Below, in pieces: positions 26,745 through 36,581 of a DNA stretch of 64,000 nucleotides; position 1 is the first letter of the stretch, and the number at the start of each line of letters is the position of its first letter. The notes below the pieces were generated by a model. It had not been told where the DNA came from. It saw nothing but the letters and a program-made list of their open reading frames with translations, and searched no databases. The position numbers were made by a program, and so were the translations under genes. The stretch comes from Bacteroidales bacterium (GTDB lineage Bacteria; Bacteroidota; Bacteroidia; Bacteroidales; JAADJA01): contig JBLRXC010000001.1 in the NCBI GenBank assembly GCA_047920975.1, forward strand, positions 12,220 through 76,219, written 5' to 3'.

Positions 26745-27104
26745 ATGCTTAGAACAATTTATCTGTCATTGCTTATAATCGTGGCTGCCGGGTGTGAGAA
26801 AATGTCTGATCCTGTAAAGGTCACTTACAGGGTCAGCCGGGCATATTCATCAGTTGAAGTAACCTGGCGTGATTCGGAAAATGACCTGCAAGCACAAACC
26901 ATCCCGTTTGAGAGCATACAGGATTTATGGCAGAAGAGTTTGACCATGCAACCGGGACAAATTGTGTATTTGTCAGCTATTTATGCCGATTCAGCATCTT
27001 CAGCCAACGTCCAGGTTTTGATGAATGGAAAGGTTTACAAAGAGGCTTTTTCCTCAAATGAGCCTGACAAATATATTATTGTTTCAGGCGTTATCCCTTA
27101 TTGA
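26745..27104 (+). CDS. Small lipoprotein, unknown function
   Basis: 119 aa with lipobox IIVAAGCEK. Tightly packed in the operon, 9 nt after the receptor and 1 nt before the next gene. Confidence 0.5.
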   Translation: MLRTIYLSLLIIVAAGCEKMSDPVKVTYRVSRAYSSVEVTWRDSENDLQAQTIPFESIQDLWQKSLTMQPGQIVYLSAIYADSASSANVQVLMNGKVYKEAFSSNEPDKYIIVSGVIPY

Positions 27105-27105
27105 A

Positions 27106-27912
27106 ATGAATACGAAAGTTCCCATATCCATCATTGTGATACTGATCCTTGTCTATGCAGGCTGTAATGACAAGACAGATACTCCTGAGCCCAAAAAGTT
27201 CGGCAAAATTACCATAAGCTTCAACCACGTTGAAAACGGCCTGCCAGTTTTGTTTGACACTTTGTTGTATGCGAATGAAGCTGGAAATCCTTACCTGGTC
27301 AACGAAATCCAGTACTTCATATCCGATGTGACCCTTTTCAGGCATGATGGATATCAGAAGCTGATCAGCGATTGGCAGGATATTTATTACGTGGATACTG
27401 ACATCCAGGAGACCCTGCAGTGGGAAGTCTATGATAAGATTGAACCTGGAAATTATGACTCCGTCGGTTTCAGATTTGGTATCAGTGCTGAAAAGAACAA
27501 GTCATTCATGTATGTGAACCCACCTGAGCGGGATATGTTCTGGCCTGAGTTTTTAGGAGGCGGATACCATTATCTCAAAATGAACGGTAAATGGCTTCCT
27601 GAAGGTCAGACTTTTCAGACGAATCCGTTTGACTTTCATTTGGGTATTGGTCAGGTCTATCTCAGTTATCCTGATTCGATCACCGGATTTACTCACAATG
27701 ATTTTTGGGTATCTTTGCCAGGCTCGGATTTAAGTATTTCAGAAGGTGAAAATCTTCAACTTGAAATAACCATGCATGTCGAAAACTGGTTCCGTAATCC
27801 GCATGTTTATGATCACGATGAATACGGGGGCGACATCATGCAGAATCAGGAGGCCATGCAAATGGGCAGGGAGAATGGCTGGGATGTGTTTTCGGTGAAT
27901 GTGAAGAAGTGA
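27106..27912 (+). CDS. MbnP-like lipoprotein (partner of di-heme MbnH-like peroxidases)
   Basis: The ATG at 27106 gives MNTKVPISIIVILILVYAGCND. Segments such as LLYANEAGNPYLVNEIQYFISDVTLFRHDG match my memory of the MbnP family. Confidence 0.55.
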   Translation: MNTKVPISIIVILILVYAGCNDKTDTPEPKKFGKITISFNHVENGLPVLFDTLLYANEAGNPYLVNEIQYFISDVTLFRHDGYQKLISDWQDIYYVDTDIQETLQWEVYDKIEPGNYDSVGFRFGISAEKNKSFMYVNPPERDMFWPEFLGGGYHYLKMNGKWLPEGQTFQTNPFDFHLGIGQVYLSYPDSITGFTHNDFWVSLPGSDLSISEGENLQLEITMHVENWFRNPHVYDHDEYGGDIMQNQEAMQMGRENGWDVFSVNVKK

Positions 27913-27928
27913 GAGGAAGGAATTGTTG

Positions 27929-28621
27929 ATGATTCCCGGCTTTATAAAAAGAATTTTTGGTTACATTATGTGGATGAGGATTTATAATTTTTTCAGTTGT
28001 CTGGCTCTGGGAATTGCGGTTCTGAGTTTTCCCGCTTGCAAAGAGGTGGATGAGATTCCTCCGGTGATCACTTTGATCGGGCCGGATTCAGTGATCCATG
28101 TTTTGAATCAACCCTACATTGATCAGGGAGCAAAAGCTTTGGATGATTTGGAAGGTGATATAACTTCAAAGTTGTATATCAAAGTGAACGTTAACGAAAA
28201 CAAAGTGGGTGACTATTCGGTAAATTTCAGGGTGGTGGATGAATCAGGAAATGAAGCGGCACCTGTCTCCAGATTTGTCCGGGTAGTGAATACTTCCTGG
28301 AAATATTCCGGACTTTATGATGGTTACGAAACCGGGGTTTTTCCCCTGCAGGACGAATGCTCCTATACCTCATTCGTCAGGATTGACTCTGCAGTGAATG
28401 ACCGGATCATATTTGAGAGATTTGCATGTGATACTCTTGTGAATTGCATAGCCGACATATCAGATACAATCATTATATTGCCGTTTCAGATCTTCAAAAA
28501 GGGGGATGTGGATGTTTCTGTCCAGGGAAGCGGATGGTTGAACGACTCCGTTGTTTCAGTTGAATATACCAGGAAGTCGTCCGGCGAAACTGTATACAAA
28601 AATGCTGTATTTAACAGATAA
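27929..28621 (+). CDS. Ig-like (DUF5011-type) lipoprotein; start uncertain (27929, 27968 or 27974)
   Basis: Lipobox AVLSFPACKE. PPVITLIGPDSVIHVLNQPYIDQGAKALDDLEGDIT...GDYSVNFRVVDESGNEA is typical of DUF5011 / HYR-like Ig domains. Confidence 0.55.
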   Translation: MIPGFIKRIFGYIMWMRIYNFFSCLALGIAVLSFPACKEVDEIPPVITLIGPDSVIHVLNQPYIDQGAKALDDLEGDITSKLYIKVNVNENKVGDYSVNFRVVDESGNEAAPVSRFVRVVNTSWKYSGLYDGYETGVFPLQDECSYTSFVRIDSAVNDRIIFERFACDTLVNCIADISDTIIILPFQIFKKGDVDVSVQGSGWLNDSVVSVEYTRKSSGETVYKNAVFNR

Positions 28622-29774
28622 CAAACGTGTCTTTTATCTCGCTCTTGTAATACTGGCTCTGAAGGTGATCATCTCCTGTGATCCAAACAAGGAACCTGAC
28701 CTGTCGCCTGTATACAAGCCAACACCTTATAGTATTCCGATCCCGCAGGGTTTTCCGACCAAAATGAATATTCCTTCTGATAATCCAATGACAATCGAGG
28801 GTATTGAACTGGGACGTTATCTCTTTTATGATGGCAGGTTGTCGGGCAGAACACATCCCGACTCCCTGATGAGTTGCGCAACATGCCATCTGCAGGACCG
28901 CTCATTTGAATGCGGGATTGATCATCCGGTTTACTTAAACGGATTCACACACGGACTTACAGGAAAGCCGACTCCGCATGTCATGCTTCCACTGATCAAC
29001 CTTGTCTGGAACCAGAACGGTTATCTTTGGAATGGGCGGATTTCGGAAAGTAATCCGGACCTGCGGTTCAGAAACATTGAGGATCTGGTGTGGATGGGTG
29101 TGCTGGCCGAACACGAAATGCACGGGGATACCAACCGGGTGAAGGATCTTTTTGGAAATATTCCTGAATACAGGGAACTCTTCAGGAAAGCATTTGGTAC
29201 GGATGGTGTTACTATGAAAAGGATTTCAATGGCTGTTGCACAGTTTATCAGAACACTTATCTCCTCCGGCTCAAAATTCGACCGCTATATCAGGGGTGAG
29301 GTTCAGCTTGCTCCATCTGAACTGCGGGGGTATGTGCTCTTTATGACCGAAGAGGGTGCTGATTGTTTTCATTGTCATGGAGGTGCCGGGAATCCGCTCT
29401 TTACAACCAACCTCTTTTACAACAATGGAAAAGACGCTGAGTTTGAAGGTGAAAAGGACCGGTATTCTTACACCGGGAATCAGATGGACAAAGGTGCCTA
29501 CAAAGCTTCAACCCTGAGAAATATAGAATTTACCGGACCCTATATGCACGATGGAAGGTTTTCGACCCTGGAGCAGGTCATTGATTTTTATGCCCATGAC
29601 CTCGTCTGGACGCCATATATTGATCCCCTGATGCATCACATTGCCAATGGCGGGAATCAGCTCATACCATCAGAAAAAGAGGATTTACTGGCCTTTCTCC
29701 TTTCACTATCCGATACAACTTTTATAACCAATCCGGCTTTCGGGAAGCCGGATAAATTTCCGGATGGACAATGA
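28602..29774 (+). CDS. Di-heme cytochrome c peroxidase family protein (MauG / MbnH-like)
   Basis: Two CxxCH motifs (CATCH, CFHCH) and CCP-family segments (LGRYLFYD, FTGPYMHDGRFSTLEQVIDFY). The ATG at 28602 gives a lipoprotein signal and overlaps the previous gene by 20 nt. Confidence 0.85.
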   Translation: MLYLTDNKRVFYLALVILALKVIISCDPNKEPDLSPVYKPTPYSIPIPQGFPTKMNIPSDNPMTIEGIELGRYLFYDGRLSGRTHPDSLMSCATCHLQDRSFECGIDHPVYLNGFTHGLTGKPTPHVMLPLINLVWNQNGYLWNGRISESNPDLRFRNIEDLVWMGVLAEHEMHGDTNRVKDLFGNIPEYRELFRKAFGTDGVTMKRISMAVAQFIRTLISSGSKFDRYIRGEVQLAPSELRGYVLFMTEEGADCFHCHGGAGNPLFTTNLFYNNGKDAEFEGEKDRYSYTGNQMDKGAYKASTLRNIEFTGPYMHDGRFSTLEQVIDFYAHDLVWTPYIDPLMHHIANGGNQLIPSEKEDLLAFLLSLSDTTFITNPAFGKPDKFPDGQ

Positions 29775-29846
29775 AAGTAAAAGGACTTGTTTTCTTCGGC
29801 TTTCTAAGCAACAACTCGTTATAAACATGATTTTCTTAAATCCGGG

Positions 29847-31568
29847 TTAATGATTTTCGAACCAGTCATTCACCTCTTCAATTTTGAGTGGCGGGATGTC
29901 GAGTTTCATTTTTTTTCTCAAACCGCTCAGGTCGTTGATCAGTTTGTTGGGATTGGCCTTCAGAAGTTCCTCAACCAGATTAAAACCTGCTTTCCTGATA
30001 GCCGGGATCCATTCACCCGGAATGCCCAATGCAATAAATTCATCATCGGCTGAAGCTAGGGATTTTTTCTCAGGACGCATTTGAGGAAAAAACAGGACAT
30101 CCTGAATAGATGGCTGGTTGGTCATGATCATGGTTAACCTGTCAATGCCAATGCCTAGTCCGGCAGTGGGAGGCAAACCATATTCCAGCGCCCGGAGGAA
30201 ATCTTCATCCAGCACCATGGATTCCGTATCTCCCCGTTTACCCAGTTCTAACTGGTCTTCGAAGCGTTTTCGCTGGTCAATGGGGTCGTTAAGTTCAGTA
30301 AAAGCATTGCATATCTCTTTTCCATTGCAAATGGCTTCAAACCGTTCGGCTAATCCTTCAGTATTCCGGTGTTTCTTTGCCAGGGGCGACATCTCCACAG
30401 GATAATCGGTGATGAAAGTCGGTTGAATGAGGTTGGGTTCTACCGTTTCACCAAAAATTTCATCAATCAGCTTTCCCTTTCCCATGCTTGGGTCAACCTT
30501 AACTCCTACCTGCTTTGCAACTTCAATGAGGGCGTTCTCATTCATCTCTGAAATGTCAATGGTGGTATATTCTCTGATGGCTTCGTACATGGTATATCTT
30601 TTCCATGGCCGTTTGAAATCAATCTCATGTTTGCCTGCCTTTAGCCGGGTGGTTCCATGCATTTCAACAGCAATCTTCTCGACCATCTCTTCCACCAGAT
30701 CCATCATCCAGTGATAATCCTTGTAAGCTACATACAGTTCCATCTGGGTGAATTCGGGATTGTGGAACCTGTCCATCCCTTCATTCCTGAAGTCTTTTGC
30801 AAATTCAAACACCCCATCGTAACCACCGACAATCAGCCTTTTCAGGTAAAGTTCATTCGCTATCCTCAGATAGAGGGTTGTGTCAAGTGCATTGTGGTGG
30901 GTTTTGAAAGGTCTGGCCGCGGCGCCACCGTACAAGGGCTGAAGGATCGGCGTTTCAACCTCCAGATAACCACGTGTATTCAGGAAGTTACGCATCGTAT
31001 TCACAAGGACGGCTCTTTGCTGAAAAACCTCTTTCACATGCGGGTTGACGATCAGGTCAAGATAGCGCTGCCGGTATCGCTGCTCAGGATCAGTAAAAGC
31101 ATCCCATACCTTCGCGTCTTTCTCTTTAACGTTGGGTAAAACCTTTAGACATTTGCTCAGCAATTTGAATTCAGTGACATGAATGGTTATTTCCCCCATC
31201 TGGGTTGTGAAAACAAATCCTTTCACACCTATGATATCACCAATGTCGAGCAGTTTCTTAAAAACCGTATTGTAATGTGTTTTGTCATCTCCCGGGCAAA
31301 TGTCATCCCTTTTCAGGTATAGTTGCACCCTGCCGGTCGAATCCTGGATTTCAGTGAAGGAGGCTGCACCCATGATTCTGCGTTGCATGATTCTTCCGGC
31401 TATGCTCACATTCCGGAACTTTTCCGGATTGCCGGGATATTCTGAATTGATCAGTGCTGTTGTTGTGGTTACTTCATAAGGGTCAGACGGATACGGGTCT
31501 ATCCCCAGTTTCCTGAGTTCAGTAAGTGATGCCCTGCGTACGACCTCTTGTTCGCTGAATTCATTCAT
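29847..31568 (-). CDS. lysS: Lysine--tRNA ligase, class II
   Basis: 573 aa with an OB anticodon-binding domain, class II motifs ([16 protein letters not shown]) and a C-terminal extension. Confidence 0.95.
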   Translation of the reverse strand: MNEFSEQEVVRRASLTELRKLGIDPYPSDPYEVTTTTALINSEYPGNPEKFRNVSIAGRIMQRRIMGAASFTEIQDSTGRVQLYLKRDDICPGDDKTHYNTVFKKLLDIGDIIGVKGFVFTTQMGEITIHVTEFKLLSKCLKVLPNVKEKDAKVWDAFTDPEQRYRQRYLDLIVNPHVKEVFQQRAVLVNTMRNFLNTRGYLEVETPILQPLYGGAAARPFKTHHNALDTTLYLRIANELYLKRLIVGGYDGVFEFAKDFRNEGMDRFHNPEFTQMELYVAYKDYHWMMDLVEEMVEKIAVEMHGTTRLKAGKHEIDFKRPWKRYTMYEAIREYTTIDISEMNENALIEVAKQVGVKVDPSMGKGKLIDEIFGETVEPNLIQPTFITDYPVEMSPLAKKHRNTEGLAERFEAICNGKEICNAFTELNDPIDQRKRFEDQLELGKRGDTESMVLDEDFLRALEYGLPPTAGLGIGIDRLTMIMTNQPSIQDVLFFPQMRPEKKSLASADDEFIALGIPGEWIPAIRKAGFNLVEELLKANPNKLINDLSGLRKKMKLDIPPLKIEEVNDWFENH

Positions 31569-31648
31569 AACGTCTTTACATTAAATGGTTGACAATATTT
31601 GGGTTGCAAAGATAGAGAAGAAGATGAATCGGGGAAAGTTCTTACCTG

Positions 31649-33307
31649 TCAATAGAGAACAATTTTATGAACCTGGGTTTCCGTGCCGACTTCGAGGTAA
31701 ATAAAATAGAGGCCTGGTGAACAGTTTGAAAGGTTAATCTGCAAAGTACTGCCATTCACCTGCTCATAGTCAGAAGGTGCAACCGGTATGCCTGTTATGT
31801 CGAACACGGTTACTGATGATCTATCAGGGAGATGTTCCTGCAGTTCAATAGTAATTTTTCCTGAAGCAGGGTTGGGAAATAATTTCATGTTGCGTTCACC
31901 GGTTTCATGGAAGCCACTAACATAAGTTTGGGTTGTCGCTAAAGGACCATTCCCGCCTCCGATAAAAACTGATTGGACGTGATACGTGTGATCACCGGGA
32001 GGTACATCTTCATCTGTCAGTTGCAGGCCGGTGACAATGGATTCATTCAAAAGCTGCTGGTTTCGGAATACGTTGTACCCAATGAGTTCCAGAGAGCTCG
32101 TAAAACCCGGCTGGGTCCACGACAGGGATACAGTTCTCAAGTCGACCTCTGCCTGGAGGTTTTCGGGTGGGTAAAGTGATTGTGATGCCGGTATGTCAGG
32201 TCGGATACCGGTTATGGCATCATGGAAATAATCAAAATGATAATTGCCTGCAATCAGTGAGTCGAGGTAGAAATAACCGTTATACTGCCCACCCCAGCCC
32301 CAGTTGATATGGAAGAAAGCAGGTTCCTGGAACCCGTCAATAATAAAGGTGTGGCCTGCACCGGTGGCCTGTTCTAACCCTCCGTAGATCACGGGCCTCC
32401 CTGAATCAAGTTCGGAAATGATCAATGCATTCCAGTCCCCGGAATAGTTGTGCCGCAAGCGAAACTGTGCACCAGGGTGGTACCCGAAATAATTTACCAA
32501 AGCATGACGCGCATCAATATCATAAGCACCGGTTCCATAAGGAAAAAACTGCGAATTGACAGCAACAGCGCAGTGGAGCATCAATTCAGCTACCACCGGA
32601 TTTTCTTCCTGCAGGTTCAGTTGCATATCTGCCCATTCATAGGTTGTGTTCTCAAAGTTGGCCTCCACCGTGCCATAAGGCGTGCTCAGGGAGTGATTTC
32701 CGCTACCCTGCTTGGGATAATGATAATAATTCAGAATCTGGGCAAGTGCAGTAGCAACACATCCTGTGTAGAGATGCCCGCATGGTCCTTCAGGTTCTAA
32801 AGGAAGTGCGCTGTTGTAATAGCAGCCCTGATTCCAGGTTGTATTCAACATGGGCTCAATTATGTTGAATTTGTTGGAATAGGAACCATTGCTATCATTA
32901 TAAGCTATCCATGCTTCCGCAATATGGGCTGGAGGTTTTTTGCTATGCTGAATGTTTGTCAGGATCTGACTGGCATACATGTCAATCCAGAATTTAACAG
33001 AAGGAACAACAGATGCAGATTGAAAAGTGCTCCTAAGAGAATAAGCCAGAACAGGATAGCATGATTTATTAGCAGAGACGAGCACAAAACCGGTTTCGAA
33101 CCTGAAAAGATGAATGACCGGCGTGTCTGATTTTTCAATCAGATAATAATGCAATCCCTTGAGAGGATGGGTTTCAATGCTTCTTTCTCTGAGAAAACCG
33201 GCAACAACTCTGGCAGCTTCTGTCTCCGAGACACTCTGTCCGGAGGTATCATGCATCATAATTATAGAAATAAGAAGTAGCACAAGTGTGACAGTCAGTT
33301 TGTACAT
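31649..33307 (-). CDS. C10 (streptopain-like) cysteine peptidase with an N-terminal inhibitor-like propeptide and a T9SS C-terminal sorting domain
   Basis: The internal ATG at 33307 gives the signal MYKLTVTLVLLLISIIM. Nucleophile region GCVATALAQILNYYHYP and His region GAGHTFIIDG. C-terminus KLFPNPASGKITIEL...LYFIYLEV...HKIVLY. Confidence 0.8.
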   Translation of the reverse strand: MYKLTVTLVLLLISIIMMHDTSGQSVSETEAARVVAGFLRERSIETHPLKGLHYYLIEKSDTPVIHLFRFETGFVLVSANKSCYPVLAYSLRSTFQSASVVPSVKFWIDMYASQILTNIQHSKKPPAHIAEAWIAYNDSNGSYSNKFNIIEPMLNTTWNQGCYYNSALPLEPEGPCGHLYTGCVATALAQILNYYHYPKQGSGNHSLSTPYGTVEANFENTTYEWADMQLNLQEENPVVAELMLHCAVAVNSQFFPYGTGAYDIDARHALVNYFGYHPGAQFRLRHNYSGDWNALIISELDSGRPVIYGGLEQATGAGHTFIIDGFQEPAFFHINWGWGGQYNGYFYLDSLIAGNYHFDYFHDAITGIRPDIPASQSLYPPENLQAEVDLRTVSLSWTQPGFTSSLELIGYNVFRNQQLLNESIVTGLQLTDEDVPPGDHTYHVQSVFIGGGNGPLATTQTYVSGFHETGERNMKLFPNPASGKITIELQEHLPDRSSVTVFDITGIPVAPSDYEQVNGSTLQINLSNCSPGLYFIYLEVGTETQVHKIVLY

Positions 33308-33313
33308 AGTGTA

Positions 33314-33321
33314 TATTTTTG
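33314..33321 (+). promoter_or_regulatory. -7 promoter box TATTTTTG
   Basis: TAnnTTTG match 25 nt upstream of the ATG at 33347. Confidence 0.35.
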
Positions 33322-33346
33322 CATTACAGTTTTCAAAAATAGCAAA

Positions 33347-33958
33347 ATGGTGAAATTGAGAAGCGCTTTTTATCTGCAGGAAGATGTATTGAATGTGGCC
33401 AGGGAACTGCTGGGCAAGATAATATTCACCCAAATAAATAATGAGATTACAGGTGGAATGATTACGGAAACAGAAGCTTATGCCGGAACAACCGACCGGG
33501 CATCACATGCATGGAATCACCGCCGGACATCGCGCACCGGGATTATGTACAGGGCCGGCGGAGTGGCTTATGTTTACCTTTGCTATGGGATTCACCCCCT
33601 CTTCAATTTCGTGACAGCTAAACCCGAGATACCCCATGCCGTTCTGCTGCGTGGCATATACCCTTTGTTTGGTTGTGACGCGATGGAAAACAGAACCGGG
33701 AAAAAGTCAACCGGCAAATCCTTTTCCGATGGCCCTGGCAAAGTAACAAAAGCGCTGGGAATTTCAGTATCAGACAATGGGATCAGCCTCACAGGCAACC
33801 GGATCTGGGTTGAGGATCACGGAATCGTGGTGAAAGATGAGGGTGTGCTGATTACTCCAAGGATTGGAGTGGCTTACGCAGGTTCAGATGCCAGTCTTCC
33901 GTACAGGTTTTTGATTGCTGACCCCGGGAAAATATACGGACAAAAAAAAACCTCCTGA
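33347..33958 (+). CDS. mpg: DNA-3-methyladenine (alkylpurine) glycosylase, Mpg/AAG family
   Basis: 203 aa. FYLQEDVLNVARELLGK, ITETEAYAG..DRASHA, AYVYLCYGIH. Confidence 0.85.
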   Translation: MVKLRSAFYLQEDVLNVARELLGKIIFTQINNEITGGMITETEAYAGTTDRASHAWNHRRTSRTGIMYRAGGVAYVYLCYGIHPLFNFVTAKPEIPHAVLLRGIYPLFGCDAMENRTGKKSTGKSFSDGPGKVTKALGISVSDNGISLTGNRIWVEDHGIVVKDEGVLITPRIGVAYAGSDASLPYRFLIADPGKIYGQKKTS

Positions 33959-33983
33959 TTTCAGGAGGTTCTTTTTGTTTTTT
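33942..33983. terminator. Bidirectional rho-independent terminator between mpg and hup
   Basis: An A9 run, then stem aacctcctga/tcaggaggtt, then ctttttgtttttt. It serves both convergent genes. Confidence 0.8.
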
Positions 33984-33991
33984 GTCCACGC

Positions 33992-34264
33992 TTATTTTAC
34001 ATGGCCAGAAAGTTCGCTACCTGGTTTGAATTTAACTACTTTTTTAGCAGCAATCTTGATCTCTTTTCCGGTTTGCGGATTTCTTCCAGTTCTGGCAGCA
34101 CGTTTTGCAACGGAGAATGATCCGAAGCCTACCAATGCTACGCGATCGCCCTTTTTGAGAGCTTTTGATGTGGTTGTCACGAAGGCATCCAGTGCCCTTT
34201 TAGCGTCAGCTTTTGTTATTTTAGCGTCGGCTGCAATTGCGTCAATTAATTCTGCTTTGTTCAT
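33992..34264 (-). CDS. hup: HU-family DNA-binding protein
   Basis: The internal ATG at 34264 gives [29 protein letters not shown]...[25 protein letters not shown]. Confidence 0.9.
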   Translation of the reverse strand: MNKAELIDAIAADAKITKADAKRALDAFVTTTSKALKKGDRVALVGFGSFSVAKRAARTGRNPQTGKEIKIAAKKVVKFKPGSELSGHVK

Positions 34265-34294
34265 ATTATAAAAATTTAAAAGGTTAATACGCTG

Positions 34295-34302
34295 CAAAGA
34301 TA
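34295..34302 (-). promoter_or_regulatory. -7 promoter box TATCTTTG (minus strand) for hup
   Basis: The + strand reads caaagata, 30 nt upstream of the start at 34264. Confidence 0.35.
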
Positions 34303-34477
34303 AGCTAATTCTAAGAAAAGTCAAGTATAAATCGCTAAAACCATTGATTTTGTTAATAATTTGAGAGATTTGTTAATAACTTGAACGCTGAAACCCTTTT
34401 GCTGCAGGACTTATAAATATATTTATATAAGATGAATGTTTTCGGTAAAGCATTTGTTGTAATTTATTCGTTCAACG

Positions 34478-35470
34478 CTAAAGTTCTCTGGAAGTAAATG
34501 TGTCTGCATGCAAAAGGTGATTTGAATTAAATCCTCTCAGAAATTCCTGAATGGTCATCTTTTTTTTTCCCTCCAGTTGCACGGTGTAAAGGTTGATAAA
34601 TCCGTCACCACAGGCAATCTTCAAATATGATTTTCCATCGGTTGAACATGTCCCGGGTTGCACCGGTATCCAGGGGTCATGGTTTATCCGGGTCTCATAA
34701 ACTTTTAAAAGCCACCGGAGGTCACCCTTCATAAAGAGATAAGTAAATGCACCTGGAGAAGGACTTAAACCCCGGATGAAATTGTGGAGTTCTGTACTGC
34801 TTTGCTTCCAGTTGATCCGGCAATGCTCCCTGAATAATTTGGGCGCTGCCTTGAGTGCTTTAATTTGGTTTCCCGGGAATGATTGTGGTGTTGGCATAAG
34901 ATTGCCCTGGCTGATGCCTTCAACGGTTTTTAAAACGAGGCTGGCGCCTGTCATCATGAGCCGGTCGTGCAGTTCACCTGCATTTTCATTGAAACCTATC
35001 TCAACCTTTTCTTTCAGAAGGATCGGACCGGTATCAATGTGCTCATTGATAAAAAAAGTTGTCACACCGGTCACTTTATCACCATTGATGATGGCGTGGT
35101 TGATCGGTGCAGCACCTCTGTAATCGGGGAGGAGGGAGGCATGCAGGTTAATAGTTCCCAGCGGAGGAAGTGACCAAACCTCTTTGGGCAGCATTCTGAA
35201 TGCGACGACAACCTGGAGATCAGGGCTGAGTTGCTTCAACGTGTTCAGGAATGAATCATCCCTGAGGTTTTCGGGTTGGAAAATGCGGAGTTCATGCTCC
35301 AGGGCACATGTTTTGACAGCAGATTGCCTCAACTTTTGTCCCCTGCCGGCAGGTTTATCAGGAGCAGTAATGACTCCGGCAATCGGATATCCACTGTTCA
35401 TCAACAGTTTAAGCGTCGGAACTGCGAATGGAGCAGTACCCATAAATACGATGGAAGGTTTGCTCAACAT
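34478..35470 (-). CDS. fmt: Methionyl-tRNA formyltransferase
   Basis: 330 aa. IVFMGTAPFAVPTL, GRGQKL, INLHASLLPDYRGAAPI. Confidence 0.9.
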   Translation of the reverse strand: MLSKPSIVFMGTAPFAVPTLKLLMNSGYPIAGVITAPDKPAGRGQKLRQSAVKTCALEHELRIFQPENLRDDSFLNTLKQLSPDLQVVVAFRMLPKEVWSLPPLGTINLHASLLPDYRGAAPINHAIINGDKVTGVTTFFINEHIDTGPILLKEKVEIGFNENAGELHDRLMMTGASLVLKTVEGISQGNLMPTPQSFPGNQIKALKAAPKLFREHCRINWKQSSTELHNFIRGLSPSPGAFTYLFMKGDLRWLLKVYETRINHDPWIPVQPGTCSTDGKSYLKIACGDGFINLYTVQLEGKKKMTIQEFLRGFNSNHLLHADTFTSREL

Positions 35471-35531
35471 GATAATATTGACAAAAACTATGTCGGAACG
35501 CTGGACCGGATACGGTAAGGCTTAGGGCTGA

Positions 35532-36224
35532 CTACAATTCGCCCAGTTCAGCCTTAGCCCTTGCGATGTATCTATCTATATCACGGGCTTCTCTTGATTT
35601 TGGGAACTGTGTTCTCAGTTGTTCATAGACTTCCAGGGCTTCACGGTATGAATTTCTGGCCTCATAAGCCCATCCGGCCTTTAGCAGAAAAGGAGGAGAT
35701 GTAAAATCATTCTTATTTCTACCGGCAGCTTTGAGGTAGTGATCAGTAGCTTTCCTGAATTCCCCCAGTTGCATATATGCATCCCCCATTGCACCATATG
35801 CCATAGCACTTACAATAACATCCCTGCTCTTGAATTTCCTGAAATGCCGGAGAGCATTCTCATAGTCGCCCTGATCCATATAACAGACACCGGCATAATA
35901 CCTGGCCAGGTTTCCTGCTTTGGTTGAGCCATAGTCATCGATCACGTCAATAAATCCGTAGCTTTCACCGTCTCCGAAAAGCGCAAGGTGTAGTGAATCC
36001 TGTTCAAAATAATATTCTGCCTTAAACAGAGCCTTTAAAGCTGCGGTCTCCTTTGGCTGATGGATGTACTTCCTGTATCCGAAAAACAACAGAACAACCA
36101 ATATCAGTCCGCCAACGAGATAGGTGATGATCTTCTGGTTGCGTTCAATAAACTGTTCCGATTTACTAAGGGCCTGTTCAACAGCCTCTATCCGGTCTTC
36201 AGCTTTATCTTTCTTTTTTGCCAT
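35532..36224 (-). CDS. Membrane-anchored tetratricopeptide-repeat protein (YfgM-like)
   Basis: The ATG at 36224 gives MAKKKDKAEDRIEAVEQ. One TM helix (LVGGLILVVLLFFGY) is followed by TPR-like repeats. Confidence 0.7.
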   Translation of the reverse strand: MAKKKDKAEDRIEAVEQALSKSEQFIERNQKIITYLVGGLILVVLLFFGYRKYIHQPKETAALKALFKAEYYFEQDSLHLALFGDGESYGFIDVIDDYGSTKAGNLARYYAGVCYMDQGDYENALRHFRKFKSRDVIVSAMAYGAMGDAYMQLGEFRKATDHYLKAAGRNKNDFTSPPFLLKAGWAYEARNSYREALEVYEQLRTQFPKSREARDIDRYIARAKAELGEL

Positions 36225-36244
36225 TGTCGATTGAAATTTGGGCG

Positions 36245-36252
36245 CAAAGATA
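36245..36252 (-). promoter_or_regulatory. -7 promoter box TATCTTTG (minus strand)
   Basis: The + strand reads caaagata, 20 nt upstream of the start at 36224. Confidence 0.3.
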
Positions 36253-36417
36253 TATTTTATTGCAATTAACTGATTCAATTATTCAGATAATTTTAATCAG
36301 AAAAACCGGTGAGGCTGAACCTGCCCAAACCGAAACTTCAGGAATTTGTTCTTGCAGGGAAAAAATTTCAATTCTATGCAGATTGTCTTATCCACAATTT
36401 TACGCAAATGAAAACGC

Positions 36418-36464
36418 AACAATTTAGCAATTTAACCATCTAACCATTTAACAATTTAACCATG
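36418..36464. repeat. Degenerate 8-9-nt tandem repeat (caatttaac-like units)
   Basis: aacaatttag caatttaac catctaac catttaac aatttaac catg, read directly. An inverted relative lies at 50256..50282. Confidence 0.6.
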
Positions 36465-36581
36465 ACCCTCCCCAACTCTTTCCAATAAACTCTCCACCCT
36501 CAGCTCTCTGCCTTTTTACTTTCAACTTTGATTATTTCCTATTTGCACTTACCCAAAGAATGCGTTCGCAAATGAGAGATA

